Part shown: positions 18,180 to 27,874 of the stretch, piece after piece
Layout of the letters: each line of letters begins with the position of its first letter
How positions within the stretch are numbered: the first letter of the stretch is position 1
Assembly (NCBI GenBank): GCA_003142095.1
Contig: PLON01000041.1
Span: 73,228 to 137,227 of the forward strand
Direction of reading: 5' to 3'
Length of the DNA stretch: 64,000 nucleotides
Source of the DNA: Acidimicrobiaceae bacterium
GTDB taxonomy: Bacteria > Actinomycetota > Acidimicrobiia > Acidimicrobiales > RAAP-2
Position numbers and translations under genes: made by a program
Notes under the pieces: model-generated
What the model saw: only the letters and a program-made list of their open reading frames with translations
Database searches by the model: none
Told to the model about the DNA's origin: nothing

Positions 18180-18206
18180 TTCGACGATTCGCCGCGATTT
18201 TCGCGG

Positions 18207-18944
18207 TCAATCCTTCTCCAGCAGCGCCACGTAGGGTTCGCCGACGCGCGTACTAAAAACGCGTGACTGGTGCCAGCCCGTACCGCGAAGAATGTGGCGC
18301 ATCTCGCTTTGACTTACAAAGAGCCACGTAAACCACCCGCCGACGGCGTCACCGTAGCGATAGCGAGCGCGTAGTTCGCCCGGAGGACGGCCGCTTTCTC
18401 GATTGCGCCGGTAGTACGTCTGATCGAATCCGGGGGCTCCCCCTCCGTAGGCACTCGTACTTTCAACGAATATCCGAGCATTCGGCTTCGTGAGCCGCGC
18501 CCACTCCGTGAAGCGTTGACGCGCACGCTCGGGCGTCTCAAAAAGTCCGAAGTTATTTCCGAACAACACGATCGAGTCGAAACCGCCGATCCGCGCGCCG
18601 AGTTTTTCGAGTGACGTACACCATACGGTTTCGACCCCGCGCAGTCGTGCCGCTCGCGCGGCGAGGCGCGAGGCGTCAAGACCCACCACGTCAACTCCGC
18701 GCATCTGCAAATGCAGCGCCACTCGGCCCGCGCCACATCCCAGGTCGAGAACTCGGCCGCGCACATAGCGCAGGGCTTGGCGCTCCGCGCTCGGCCAGCC
18801 CGACGCGCCGGCGAGGTACACCTCGGGACCCGCGCCTTCTTCCGTGTAGCCATCGTCGCGCTCAACGATCTCTGGAATGGTGCCTCCGTGCACCCAGTCC
18901 CAAACGGCGTGTCCGAAGGCATCCGAGGTATCGGCTGCGCTCAC
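18207..18944 (-). CDS. Class I SAM-dependent methyltransferase
   Basis: VLDLGCGAGR, VVGLDAS, FDSIVLFGNNFG; coupled to the upstream gene by overlap. Confidence 0.85.
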   Translation of the reverse strand: MSAADTSDAFGHAVWDWVHGGTIPEIVERDDGYTEEGAGPEVYLAGASGWPSAERQALRYVRGRVLDLGCGAGRVALHLQMRGVDVVGLDASRLAARAARLRGVETVWCTSLEKLGARIGGFDSIVLFGNNFGLFETPERARQRFTEWARLTKPNARIFVESTSAYGGGAPGFDQTYYRRNRESGRPPGELRARYRYGDAVGGWFTWLFVSQSEMRHILRGTGWHQSRVFSTRVGEPYVALLEKD

Positions 18945-19807
18945 CGAGACTCGGGATCGCTTGGCTCGATATGGTTCAGCGATTCGTACAGCTCGGGCCG
19001 CTGCAGTGACCAGACGTCAATTTGAGAACGACGGCGAGCCACCTCGTCGCCACTGACGGTTGCGTAGATGATGTCCTCGCCGTCGACCTCCGATTCAGCC
19101 AGCACCTCGCCCCACGGACCGATGATCATGGAATGTCCGTACGATGACACGCCCTCTTCGGTCGTGCCCGCCTGGGCGGCGGCAATCACGTACGCGTGGT
19201 TTTCAATGGCCCGCGCCCGCAGCAACACCTTCCAGTGGACGCGACCGGTTGCGACCGCGAAGGACGAAGGAACCGCGAGCACTGTCGCACCGTGCAGCGC
19301 CAGTTGCCGATAGAGCTCCGCGAAACGCAGATCAAAACATACCGAGAGACCGAGGCGAAAACCGGGAACGTCGACGAGGACGAGCTGGTCACCGGCCGCG
19401 ATGTTGCGTGACTCCTCGTGTTCGATCTCTCCAGGAACGTGGACGTCGAAGAGATGTCCCTTTCGATAGGTGGCGAGGATGTCGCCGTCGGATCCGATAA
19501 CAGCGCTGGTGTTGTACGACTTGTCGGGGTCGGGCGAACGCTCTAAGGTGCTCCCGACGTGAATGAAGACGCCGAGATCTTTCGCGACCTCGGCGATGAG
19601 CGCCGTCGTCGGTCCCGGAATCGACTCGGCGACGTCGCGATACTTTGACGCCGGCCCGCGGTAGTTGAAGTACTCGGGGAGTTGAACATACGTCGCCCCT
19701 TCGTGCGCCGCCCGCCGCACCATCTCGACGGCCCGCTCCACGTTCGCCGCCGGATTGGCGCCCGCAGTCGTTTGTACCGCGGCGACGCGGATTTCATCAG
19801 TGCTCAC
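18941..19807 (-). CDS. Carbon-nitrogen hydrolase (nitrilase superfamily, Nit1-like amidase)
   Basis: Catalytic triad motifs LPEYF (E), YRKGHLFD (K), SVCFDLRF (C); RARAIEN, SYGHSMIIGPWG. Confidence 0.9.
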   Translation of the reverse strand: MSTDEIRVAAVQTTAGANPAANVERAVEMVRRAAHEGATYVQLPEYFNYRGPASKYRDVAESIPGPTTALIAEVAKDLGVFIHVGSTLERSPDPDKSYNTSAVIGSDGDILATYRKGHLFDVHVPGEIEHEESRNIAAGDQLVLVDVPGFRLGLSVCFDLRFAELYRQLALHGATVLAVPSSFAVATGRVHWKVLLRARAIENHAYVIAAAQAGTTEEGVSSYGHSMIIGPWGEVLAESEVDGEDIIYATVSGDEVARRRSQIDVWSLQRPELYESLNHIEPSDPESR

Positions 19808-19902
19808 TCTTCACCTCCGCGTCCATGTTCGCAGAACTGGCGCTCGGATCGGCCTGAACCAGTGACAATCAACGAAGATAGGATCGGGGTTTCGTGAGAA
19901 GG

Positions 19903-20319
19903 ATGACGCGCACCACATCGACGGCCATTTTCGGGGCGTCGGACGGCCTCGTGGCTACGATGGCCCTCATTCTCGCCACGATGTCCCACGGTCGCAAGGT
20001 TGTTCTGGCTGCCGCCATTGGACTACTCATCGCCGAAGGTTTCGGAATGGCCGCAAGTCAGTACCTCTCTGGCGCGAAGCGCGACCTGCGACTGGCCCTC
20101 ATTATGGGAATTGCGACTTCGCTCGCCATCGTCATGCCCGCGATCCCGTGGTCCTTCACTGGTGGCGCGGCCGCGGTGGTCGCTTCGTGCTAAATAGGAC
20201 TCGTCCTGGCGGGCGTCATTGCCTACCTCCGACCCGGTGGCTGGACGGAATGGGTCCAGACGTACGGGGTTCTCATTTCGGTCGGCGTTATCGCCACCCT
20301 CGCCGGTCGCCTTACATGA
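19903..20319 (+). pseudogene. VIT1/CCC1-family metal transporter interrupted by an in-frame TAA at 20191-20193
   Basis: AIFGASDGLV and AEGFGMAASQYLS are VIT1 motifs. After the TAA the same frame continues with hydrophobic sequence (IGLVLAGVIAYLRPGG...VLISVGVIATLAGRLT*) to 20319. Confidence 0.7.
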
Positions 20320-20362
20320 GCGAGTTTCGCTCGCTAATAACGTCAAGTCAAAGGACCTGCCA

Positions 20363-21238
20363 ATGATGACTCCGAATCAATCCTGGACCGTCGCCAATAT
20401 GCCTGACTTAACGGGGCGCACCATTGTCGTCACGGGCGCATCGAGCGGCATCGGCACTGACGCCAGCCGCGAGTTCGCGAGAGCGGGAGCTCGCGTGGTG
20501 CTGGCGGTGCGCAACGTCGCAAAGGGCGAGGCGGCGGCAAGGACGATTACCGGCAACACCGACGTACGTGAATTGGACCTTGCGAGTCTCGCTTCGATCC
20601 GTGCGTTCGCCGACGCCGTGGGTGACGTGGACATCCTCGTCAACAACGCCGGCATTATGTACGCCCCGAAGGGGCTCACCGCCGACGGCTTCGAACTGCA
20701 CATCGGCACGAATCATCTTGGTCACTTCGCATTGACGAATCTGCTGTTGGATCGGCTCACCGATCGTGTGGTCACGATTACCTCGGGCGTGGCCTCGCGC
20801 GGAAAGATTGATCTCAACGATCTCAACTGGCAACGTCGCACCTATAAAGATTCTCAGGCCTACGCCGATTCCAAGCAGGCCAACATTCTGTTCACTCTCG
20901 AACTACAGCGCCGCCTCGGGCTGGCGGGACGCGACGTAATCGCCGTCGCGGCGCATCCAGGGGTCGCCAAGACGAATCTCATCTCGCATATTGGCGGCTT
21001 CACGGGTTCCGCCACAAAGTTCGTCGTCAGCCTCATTGGTCAAGACAGCGCGCACGGTGCGCTGCCCACCCTCTTCGCGGCGACGGAAGACATCCCCGGA
21101 GCAAGCCTCGTCGGACCACACGGAATTGGTCACATGCGTGGTTACCCTGCACTGCAACACCCGCCGCGCTCGACACTCAACGCCAGCGTAGCGACTCGAC
21201 TTTGGGAGATCTCCGACCAAATGACAACGCTGCGCTAG
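20363..21238 (+). CDS. SDR family oxidoreductase (retinol dehydrogenase/WWOX-like)
   Basis: TGASSGIG, LVNNAGIM, FELHIGTNHLGHFALT, YADSKQAN, AAHPG. ATG at 20363 follows RBS AAGGA. Confidence 0.9.
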   Translation: MMTPNQSWTVANMPDLTGRTIVVTGASSGIGTDASREFARAGARVVLAVRNVAKGEAAARTITGNTDVRELDLASLASIRAFADAVGDVDILVNNAGIMYAPKGLTADGFELHIGTNHLGHFALTNLLLDRLTDRVVTITSGVASRGKIDLNDLNWQRRTYKDSQAYADSKQANILFTLELQRRLGLAGRDVIAVAAHPGVAKTNLISHIGGFTGSATKFVVSLIGQDSAHGALPTLFAATEDIPGASLVGPHGIGHMRGYPALQHPPRSTLNASVATRLWEISDQMTTLR

Positions 21239-21253
21239 CGGTCTTGGTTCGCG

Positions 21254-22204
21254 CTACGGAATCAGGATGATCTTGCCGTGAGCGTGACCGGCCGCGAGTT
21301 CGCGATGCGCGGCCGCCACCTCCGCCAGTGGAAAGGTCGAGGCGACAATCACTCGAAGGGAACCGGCTTCCACGCGCTTCACCAATTCGAGACGTGCGGC
21401 GGCGCGAATTTCCGTTCCAGGATCGCCACCGGGTCCTCCACCGATGGCTTGAATACCGAGAGAACCAGCTCGCCCAGCGCCCACGATGGTCACAATTCGG
21501 TTTCGGTCGCTCACGAGTTCGATCGACACGTCCGCTGCCTCATCGCTACCAATGAGGTCCAGCGCCGCGTCCACTCCATTAGGCGCGAGAGCTCTCACCC
21601 GTTCGAGCAGACCGTCTCCGTACCTGACCGGCTCAGCACCGAGTTCACGCAATAAGTCGTGGGCCGATTCACTCGCGGTCGCGATCACGTGGGCGCCGTC
21701 GGCGACCGCAAGTTGGATGGCCATCAGACCGACCCCGCCCGCACCGCCGTGTACCAATACTGTGTCGCCGTTCGCCACGGAAACCGTGTGGAGCGCGTGC
21801 ACGGCAGTCGTCCCCGTCAGCATGAGGCCGCTCGCCTCTTCGAACGATTGCGCCGAGGGCTTCGCGATCACCGTACTGGCTGGCGTCACGATGGCGTCGG
21901 CGTACGCGCCCGACGCGCGGTAGACGATGACTTCGTCTCCCACGTGAATCGGACCGCTCGGACCTTCTAGTTCGCCATTTACGGTTCGCACCACGCCAGC
22001 CGCTTCCGAGCCGAGACGCATGGGCAGACTTGATGGATCATTTCCGTAGGTGCCGCTGTAGAGCTTGTAATCAATCGGGTTCGTGCCCGCGGCGCGGACA
22101 TCGACGATGACCTCTCCGGGTTGAATCTCTTTGAGTTCAGCGGTAGTGACGACAAGGACCTCGGCTCCTCCGAAGGCGGTGGCGACAACGACGGTGGTTT
22201 CCAT
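21254..22204 (-). CDS. NADPH:quinone reductase-like (MDR) oxidoreductase
   Basis: GTNPIDYK, LGSEAAGVV, VLVHGGAGGVG, GHAHGKIIL; no Zn ligands evident. Confidence 0.88.
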   Translation of the reverse strand: METTVVVATAFGGAEVLVVTTAELKEIQPGEVIVDVRAAGTNPIDYKLYSGTYGNDPSSLPMRLGSEAAGVVRTVNGELEGPSGPIHVGDEVIVYRASGAYADAIVTPASTVIAKPSAQSFEEASGLMLTGTTAVHALHTVSVANGDTVLVHGGAGGVGLMAIQLAVADGAHVIATASESAHDLLRELGAEPVRYGDGLLERVRALAPNGVDAALDLIGSDEAADVSIELVSDRNRIVTIVGAGRAGSLGIQAIGGGPGGDPGTEIRAAARLELVKRVEAGSLRVIVASTFPLAEVAAAHRELAAGHAHGKIILIP

Positions 22205-22256
22205 GACTGGGACCTTATCGGCGGTTGCAGTCCGTGAGCCGGGTCGGTCGAGCGGG

Positions 22257-23798
22257 TCAGTGAGCCTTTAGGTGTCGTCGCGACCACGCTTTGTCGCGCT
22301 CGTAGAGACTCTTGATGTCTTCGGCGCGCTCACGCATCGATCGCCCCTCTTCCGGCGAGGGATGAAAGGTTGTTGCCGAAGGCTCGGGGACATTTTCTAA
22401 GGTATATCGACCGAGGGCTACCGCCCCGAGCAGCGCCGCACCGCGAAGTTGGGCGAGCAGAGGCTGGTCGATTTGGCGCACCTCGCGGTCGAGCGTGTCC
22501 GAGTAAATCTGACACCACAGCGACGATTCTGCCCCGCCACCGAGTAGCCGGATCGGCGTGAGGGTACGGCCCGCGAACTTCTCGATGTATCCGAACAGCC
22601 ACGCGCTATTCGCAGCCACGCCCTCCATCACTGATCGCACGAGTTCAGCGCTCGTAGTGGTGATCGAAAGGTTCGTAAACCCCGCGCGGATGTTTTTATT
22701 GTCAATGGGTGATCGCTCACCCGCGAGCCATGGCGTGAATCGCACTCCGTTTGAACCCGGTGGCGACGTGCCAGCGAGGGCGGTCATCTCATCGAAGCTC
22801 ATTCTCGCGCCCGAGCCGGCCATCACGTTTCGAAGCCATTCGAGCGACTTCGCCCCTGTCTCTTGGTTGTTGATCACCACGTAGGAGTCGTTGGAGAGTC
22901 CGGGGACGGCCGCGATGTTGTGGTTGATATCCGTCTTCTTCTTCGGCACCGGGCAACTGATCCACGACGTCGTTGATAGTGCCAGGTGCGTCTCGTAATG
23001 CGCGGTCGCTCCCGCGCCGATGGCGGCGGCGTGCAAATCCGGAATGGCACTCACGACGACCACATCGCTTGAGAGACCTAACTCGGAGGCGACGGCATCG
23101 CTGAGGGTACCGACGATCGATCCGAAGGGCTGAAGCGGCGGCAAGAACTTCTCATCGAGCCCCACGAGCGCGAGTAGTTGAGTGTCATAGGCGTAGCTGT
23201 CGAGTTTGCGGTTGTCGGTCATCCACATCACGAGGCGCGACGCGTGCGTCGCCGTGGCAACACCAGTGAAGCGCATCGTCAAGAAATCAATGGGTTCCAT
23301 GTACCAACGCGTCGCCGCAGCGACGTCGGGCATCTCTCGTTGTATGAGGAGAATCTGGCCGATTGGATCGGCGCCCGCGGTCGACGGTGCCCCGCCGGAC
23401 CTTCGCACGAAGGGCAACACCTTTCGAGGGTTGTAGCCCTGGAACCAACCGCCGACTGCCTCTCGCGTGTAGCGACCACCTCGTACGTCGAGCCAGGTGA
23501 CGCACGGCCCCGTGGGATTCCCGTTGGCGTCGACCGGCACGGTCGACGCGTACAGGCCCGTCACCGTAATCGCCCTCACGTTCGTGGACGATCCTTCCAC
23601 TGTGGCGAGGAGTCTCTTGGTCGCCTCGACGATAATGCCCCACCATTCGTTCGCGTCCTGGGTCGCTCCGCCGTCACCGGTGAAGTGGGTCGTGACGGAG
23701 TGAACCTCGGTCGCGATGATCTCGCCCTCGAGGGTGACGAGTCCAATCTTCGGTCCCCCACTTCCGAGGTCGATGCTGAGACAGAGCTCGGACGTCAC
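22257..23798 (-). CDS. FGGY-family carbohydrate kinase (xylulokinase-like)
   Basis: SIDLGSGGPKIG, LDVRG, PWLAGERSP, VMEGVA, LLGGGAES..WCQI.SD; GTGA overlap with the upstream lyase gene. Confidence 0.85.
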   Translation of the reverse strand: MTSELCLSIDLGSGGPKIGLVTLEGEIIATEVHSVTTHFTGDGGATQDANEWWGIIVEATKRLLATVEGSSTNVRAITVTGLYASTVPVDANGNPTGPCVTWLDVRGGRYTREAVGGWFQGYNPRKVLPFVRRSGGAPSTAGADPIGQILLIQREMPDVAAATRWYMEPIDFLTMRFTGVATATHASRLVMWMTDNRKLDSYAYDTQLLALVGLDEKFLPPLQPFGSIVGTLSDAVASELGLSSDVVVVSAIPDLHAAAIGAGATAHYETHLALSTTSWISCPVPKKKTDINHNIAAVPGLSNDSYVVINNQETGAKSLEWLRNVMAGSGARMSFDEMTALAGTSPPGSNGVRFTPWLAGERSPIDNKNIRAGFTNLSITTTSAELVRSVMEGVAANSAWLFGYIEKFAGRTLTPIRLLGGGAESSLWCQIYSDTLDREVRQIDQPLLAQLRGAALLGAVALGRYTLENVPEPSATTFHPSPEEGRSMRERAEDIKSLYERDKAWSRRHLKAH

Positions 23799-25174
23799 TG
23801 CGAGAGAATTGCGGACTGCTTGTCCATCATGTCGGCCATGAAGAACTTGATGATTGCGTCGGATTCTTCGCTCGGACCACCAGCCACTCCTCCGTAGATC
23901 GCGCCCGACTGGGGAGCTTCATCTTTGTGCTCGGTCGCGTACTGAACAGCGTCGGCCAAGTCGTCGCGCCAGCGCTCGACCACGCCGGGCTGTGTTTGAG
24001 GACGCGTCACGGCCATGTGAATCGCGTTCGGATACTGCTGGCCGTTCAGGCGCCAGCCGCGCGTGCGCAAAAAGTCGTTGATCAAATAGATGTCGAACTC
24101 GTCGGACGTGAAGGAGAAAAGGAAACTCGGCTTGCCCATGATGCGAAGCGACGGGTGCTCTTTGACGGCGTCTTGCATCGCCGCCGACGTTGCGAAGATC
24201 TGCTCGGCATAACGTCGATAGCCCTCGCGCCCGAGGTGAACCATTGCCGCCCACGTCGCGGCGAGCAGTCCGCCCGAACGAGAGCCGTCCATTCCCGGCG
24301 AGCAGTATTTTCCTCCGGACCAGTCTGTGAGATAAAAATACTGGTCGTTGCGCAGTGCCTTATCGGCGAAGCACAAGACGCTCGTCCCCTTCAGCGCGTA
24401 GCCGTATTTATGTGTGTCGGCCGAAATCGTCGTCACGCCAGGCACGGAGAAGTCGAAGGGCTCAATGTCGTAACCCAGCTCACGACCGAAGGGCAGTATC
24501 CATCCCCCGAGGCACCCGTCCACGTGCAGACCGATGTTTCGCTCGAGGGCCAATGCGCCAAGGTCGCCAATCGGGTCGATCGTGCCGTAGCCGTAGTTGC
24601 ACGCGGAACCGATCAGTGCCACCGTGTTCTCGTCAATGTGATCCCTCACCCAGTCGAGATCGACCTGCGTGGTTGTCGGATCGACGGGAGCGATCATCAT
24701 GTCGACGCCAAAGAGATGTCCCGCCTTGGAGAACGCGGGGTGGGCGGTCTCGGGTTTAATGATGTTGGGTCGACCTGTCGTCGGGTGGTGTTCGCGGTAC
24801 GCGAGCACGGCGTGCGCGATCGACCCTGATCCGCCCGAGGTGACAAGTCCAACTGGCGTCGAGTCCGTGAGATTCGACGCCCCGAGCAGATCAAGCGTCA
24901 TTGCAATGATCTCCGCTTCGAACTTCGTGTTGGACGGACACATGTCGCGCTGCAACGAGTTCACGTAGGAGAAGTAGGAGAACGCCTCGTTCAAGAAGTC
25001 GTAGTGGTCGTGGTCTCCGCAGTACATAGTGCCCGAACACTGCCCCGTTTCCCAGGCAGGATTCTCGGCCTGCGACATGACCGCCAGCGTGAACAGCACG
25101 GCGTCTTTGTCCATTCCGATCTCGGGAAGGGTTCGATGGACCTCGAACTGATCTTCGTAGGGAAACCCGCCCAT
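23795..25174 (-). CDS. PLP-dependent sphinganine-1-phosphate aldolase (S1P lyase)-like enzyme (group II decarboxylase fold)
   Basis: SGTMYCGD, NSLQRDMCPS, TSGGSGSI, TAHPAF.KA, GTIDPI, LHVDGCLGG, SADTHKYGY (PLP lysine), GSRSGG; RBS GGAGG. Confidence 0.82.
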   Translation of the reverse strand: MGGFPYEDQFEVHRTLPEIGMDKDAVLFTLAVMSQAENPAWETGQCSGTMYCGDHDHYDFLNEAFSYFSYVNSLQRDMCPSNTKFEAEIIAMTLDLLGASNLTDSTPVGLVTSGGSGSIAHAVLAYREHHPTTGRPNIIKPETAHPAFSKAGHLFGVDMMIAPVDPTTTQVDLDWVRDHIDENTVALIGSACNYGYGTIDPIGDLGALALERNIGLHVDGCLGGWILPFGRELGYDIEPFDFSVPGVTTISADTHKYGYALKGTSVLCFADKALRNDQYFYLTDWSGGKYCSPGMDGSRSGGLLAATWAAMVHLGREGYRRYAEQIFATSAAMQDAVKEHPSLRIMGKPSFLFSFTSDEFDIYLINDFLRTRGWRLNGQQYPNAIHMAVTRPQTQPGVVERWRDDLADAVQYATEHKDEAPQSGAIYGGVAGGPSEESDAIIKFFMADMMDKQSAILSQ

Positions 25175-25302
25175 TGTCGCCTCCTCGCGTCCTTCGTAGC
25201 GTAAGCCACTCGCGGGGACACTTTGGCGGCTCTCGACGCTACGCTCAGCCTCATACGTTGTCCGAGTCTGAAGTCACTGCGAAACCGCGAAAGTAGGAAC
25301 TC

Positions 25303-25743
25303 ATGGAACTAAAGGATCTCTTCAACAAGATGACGAGCCACTTGTCAGTGGGTCGGGTATTCGGTGTGGCGTACGAGAAGGATGGCGCGCTCATCATTCC
25401 TGTAGCCCTGGTCGCGGGCGGAGGCGGCGGTGGCGGAAGCGAAGCGCCGACGATGCACGCGTCGGTACGCCACTTTGACATCGACGACGACGACGACGAC
25501 GACGATGACGACGACGACGACGATGATGACGATGACGAGGAAGAGACATTCGTTGGGCGACCGATGGGCGGCTCCGGCGCAGGATTTGGCGGCGTCGTGA
25601 TGCCGGTCGGGGTCTACGTCGTAAAGGACGACCGCGTTCGTTGGGTACCCGCCATCAACGTGACGCTCATTGCGATATGCGCGATCAGTCTCGCTCATGT
25701 CTTGGCTCGACCCTCATTGAAGAGACATCACCGTCGTCACTGA
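25303..25743 (+). CDS. YtfJ/GerW-like small membrane protein with a poly-Asp insert
   Basis: VGRVFG.AYEKDG..IIPVA.V.GGGGGG and G.GFGG...PVGVYVVKDD.V.W.PA match YtfJ-like proteins; C-terminal TM helix. Confidence 0.7.
   Translation: MELKDLFNKMTSHLSVGRVFGVAYEKDGALIIPVALVAGGGGGGGSEAPTMHASVRHFDIDDDDDDDDDDDDDDDDDDEEETFVGRPMGGSGAGFGGVVMPVGVYVVKDDRVRWVPAINVTLIAICAISLAHVLARPSLKRHHRRH
25483..25545 (+). repeat. GAC/GAT trinucleotide tract coding D18-E3
   Basis: 18 consecutive GAC/GAT codons (25483-25536), then GAG GAA GAG. Confidence 0.95.
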
Positions 25744-25771
25744 CGTGCCCTAGAAGTACGTCGAAGCGAAT

Positions 25772-26242
25772 TTACGAATTCGCGGCGTTCGTGCTTTGAC
25801 CTTCGATGGCTTTGCGCAGTAGATGTGCGAGCGTCGAGCGCTCCTCGGCATCCAAAGCTCCGAGAATCTCGTCTTCGAGCGTTTGCTGGGCGGCTTCTGC
25901 TTGGTGTAGGGCCTTACGACCTTGCTCGGTCATCGACACAATGTGACGACGTCGGTCCGCGGGATCGCGGCGGCGCTCTACCAGTCCTGATGATTCAAGA
26001 TCGTTCAACAACATCACGCAGTAGTTGGTGTCAATGCAGAGACCTTCGGTCAGCGCCTGCTGCGTCACTTCGTGGTAGTCGCGTAAGTGCGAAAGGGTGG
26101 CGAGTTCCTTCAACGTCTGTCCAAGAAGCTCGGGCGTGCTGCGTCGGTTAATCAAACGTGACAGTTGGGTGAGGAGAAGAATCGGTCCGGTGGACGAATT
26201 TTCCTCCATGGAAGTTAATGGTAGCGAGGTATCGATATTCAT
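25772..26242 (-). CDS. MarR family transcriptional regulator
   Basis: TQQALTEGL.ID...CV.LLNDLE..GLVERRRDPADRRRHIVSMTEQG; divergent from an MFS gene. Confidence 0.9.
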   Translation of the reverse strand: MNIDTSLPLTSMEENSSTGPILLLTQLSRLINRRSTPELLGQTLKELATLSHLRDYHEVTQQALTEGLCIDTNYCVMLLNDLESSGLVERRRDPADRRRHIVSMTEQGRKALHQAEAAQQTLEDEILGALDAEERSTLAHLLRKAIEGQSTNAANS

Positions 26243-26323
26243 GCTATCATGATTATACCGAGAACACGATGATAAAGAATCGTTGTTCAGTGTTCCCTAC
26301 ACTACCCGCGAAGGACCTCGTCT

Positions 26324-27817
26324 ATGACAATTTCTCCTACCCTCTCATTAGGAACAACAAACCGTCGACGCTGGATCGGGCTCATTGTGGTGTGTCTGGC
26401 CATGTTGATGAACGCCCTGGACTCGTCCATCGTCAACGTGGCGCTGCCCTCCATTCAACGCGACCTCCACTTTTCCCAGTCGAATCTGACGTGGGTTGTA
26501 GACGCATATCTGATCGCCTTCGGCAGTTTCTTGCTGCTCGCGGGACGCCTCGGTGACCTACTCGGGCGAAAGAAAGTGTTCCTGAGTGGCGTGGCGCTGT
26601 TTACGGCGTCCTCGTTTATCTGCTCACTCGCGAGTAACCAAGCGATGCTCATTACCGCGCGATTCTTCCAAGGTATGGGTGGCGCAATCTCGACGTCGGT
26701 CATCGTGGCGATCATCGTGACGGAGTTTCCTGGCGCCAACGAGCGCGCGAGGGCCATGAGCGCGTACATGTTCGTCGCGGTCGGTGGAGGATCCATCGGA
26801 CTGCTTGTCGGAGGGATCTTGACCCAGGCCGTGAACTGGCACTGGATCTTCGTCATCAACGTGCCGATCGGCATCGTCACCTTCATCCTCGGTTCGTTCC
26901 TCATCAAGGAGAACCCGGGCCTCGGCGTACGCGAGGGACTTGACCTCAAGGGTTCACTTCTCATGACGGTCTCGCTCATCGTGGGCATTTACGCCATCGT
27001 GACGGCGTCGACGTACGGTTGGCTGTCGGCACACACGCTGGGCTTTGGCGCCGCGTCGCTTTTCCTGATGGGCACGTTCACTCTCTTCGAGACCCGCATC
27101 GCCAAGCCCATAATGCCAATGCGAATCTTGAAGCTGCGTAGCCTCACGACCTCAAGCGTCGTGCGAGGACTCTCGTTCTCGGCGATGTTCGCGATCTTCT
27201 TCTTCGGCGCTCTGTACCTCGAGCGCGTGCTGGGCTACGACCCACTGCGCACCGGTGTTGCGTTCTTACCGCTCACTCTTGCAATGGCGATCATGTCACT
27301 CGGGCTCACCAGTCGACTCCTTGCGCGCTTTGGCCCCATGAAGTTGCTGATCCCCGGAATGTCGATGGCCGTCATCGGGCTGCTCTGGTTATCGCGTTCG
27401 GGCGTGCACGCCAACTACCTCGTCGCCATCCTGCAAGCGTTCTTGCTGCTCGGTGTGGGCATGAGTGTGTCGGCCGTACCGCTCTTAACGATCGCCATGG
27501 CCGACGTGCCGCGCGAAGACGCCGGTCTGGCGTCGGGAATCGTGAATGTCTCAATGTGGCTCGCTTCGTCGGCGGGACTGGCAGTCTTTGGCACGCTCGC
27601 CGCGAGCAAGTCGAAGACTCTTCTCGCGAAGGGCTACTCGAGCGGTCAGGCGCTCGTGGCGGGTTATCACGAAGCGTTCTTCATCGGCGCCATTTTGGCC
27701 GCGCTCGCACTGCTCGTCATAGTCACGATGCTTCGCGCGCCGGCCAAAGAGGCCTCGGACAATCGCGAGAGCCTCGAAGAAGAGATGAGTCACTTCGAGA
27801 TCGTTGCCGAGTTCTAA
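26324..27817 (+). CDS. MFS DHA2-family efflux transporter
   Basis: LDSSIVNVALPSI, WVVDAYLI, GRLGDLLGRKK, WHWIFVINVPIG; 14 TMS. Confidence 0.92.
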   Translation: MTISPTLSLGTTNRRRWIGLIVVCLAMLMNALDSSIVNVALPSIQRDLHFSQSNLTWVVDAYLIAFGSFLLLAGRLGDLLGRKKVFLSGVALFTASSFICSLASNQAMLITARFFQGMGGAISTSVIVAIIVTEFPGANERARAMSAYMFVAVGGGSIGLLVGGILTQAVNWHWIFVINVPIGIVTFILGSFLIKENPGLGVREGLDLKGSLLMTVSLIVGIYAIVTASTYGWLSAHTLGFGAASLFLMGTFTLFETRIAKPIMPMRILKLRSLTTSSVVRGLSFSAMFAIFFFGALYLERVLGYDPLRTGVAFLPLTLAMAIMSLGLTSRLLARFGPMKLLIPGMSMAVIGLLWLSRSGVHANYLVAILQAFLLLGVGMSVSAVPLLTIAMADVPREDAGLASGIVNVSMWLASSAGLAVFGTLAASKSKTLLAKGYSSGQALVAGYHEAFFIGAILAALALLVIVTMLRAPAKEASDNRESLEEEMSHFEIVAEF

Positions 27818-27824
27818 TTCACAT

Positions 27825-27867
27825 CGCTACCTAACGTTCGCCGCTACAGCGCGCGCGTTAGGTAGCG
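27825..27867. terminator. Stem-loop just after the MFS gene (possible terminator without U-tract)
   Basis: CGCTACCTAACG (27825-36) and CGTTAGGTAGCG (27856-67) are perfect 12-bp complementary arms with a 19-nt loop. Confidence 0.45.
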
Positions 27868-27874
27868 TGTAGTT

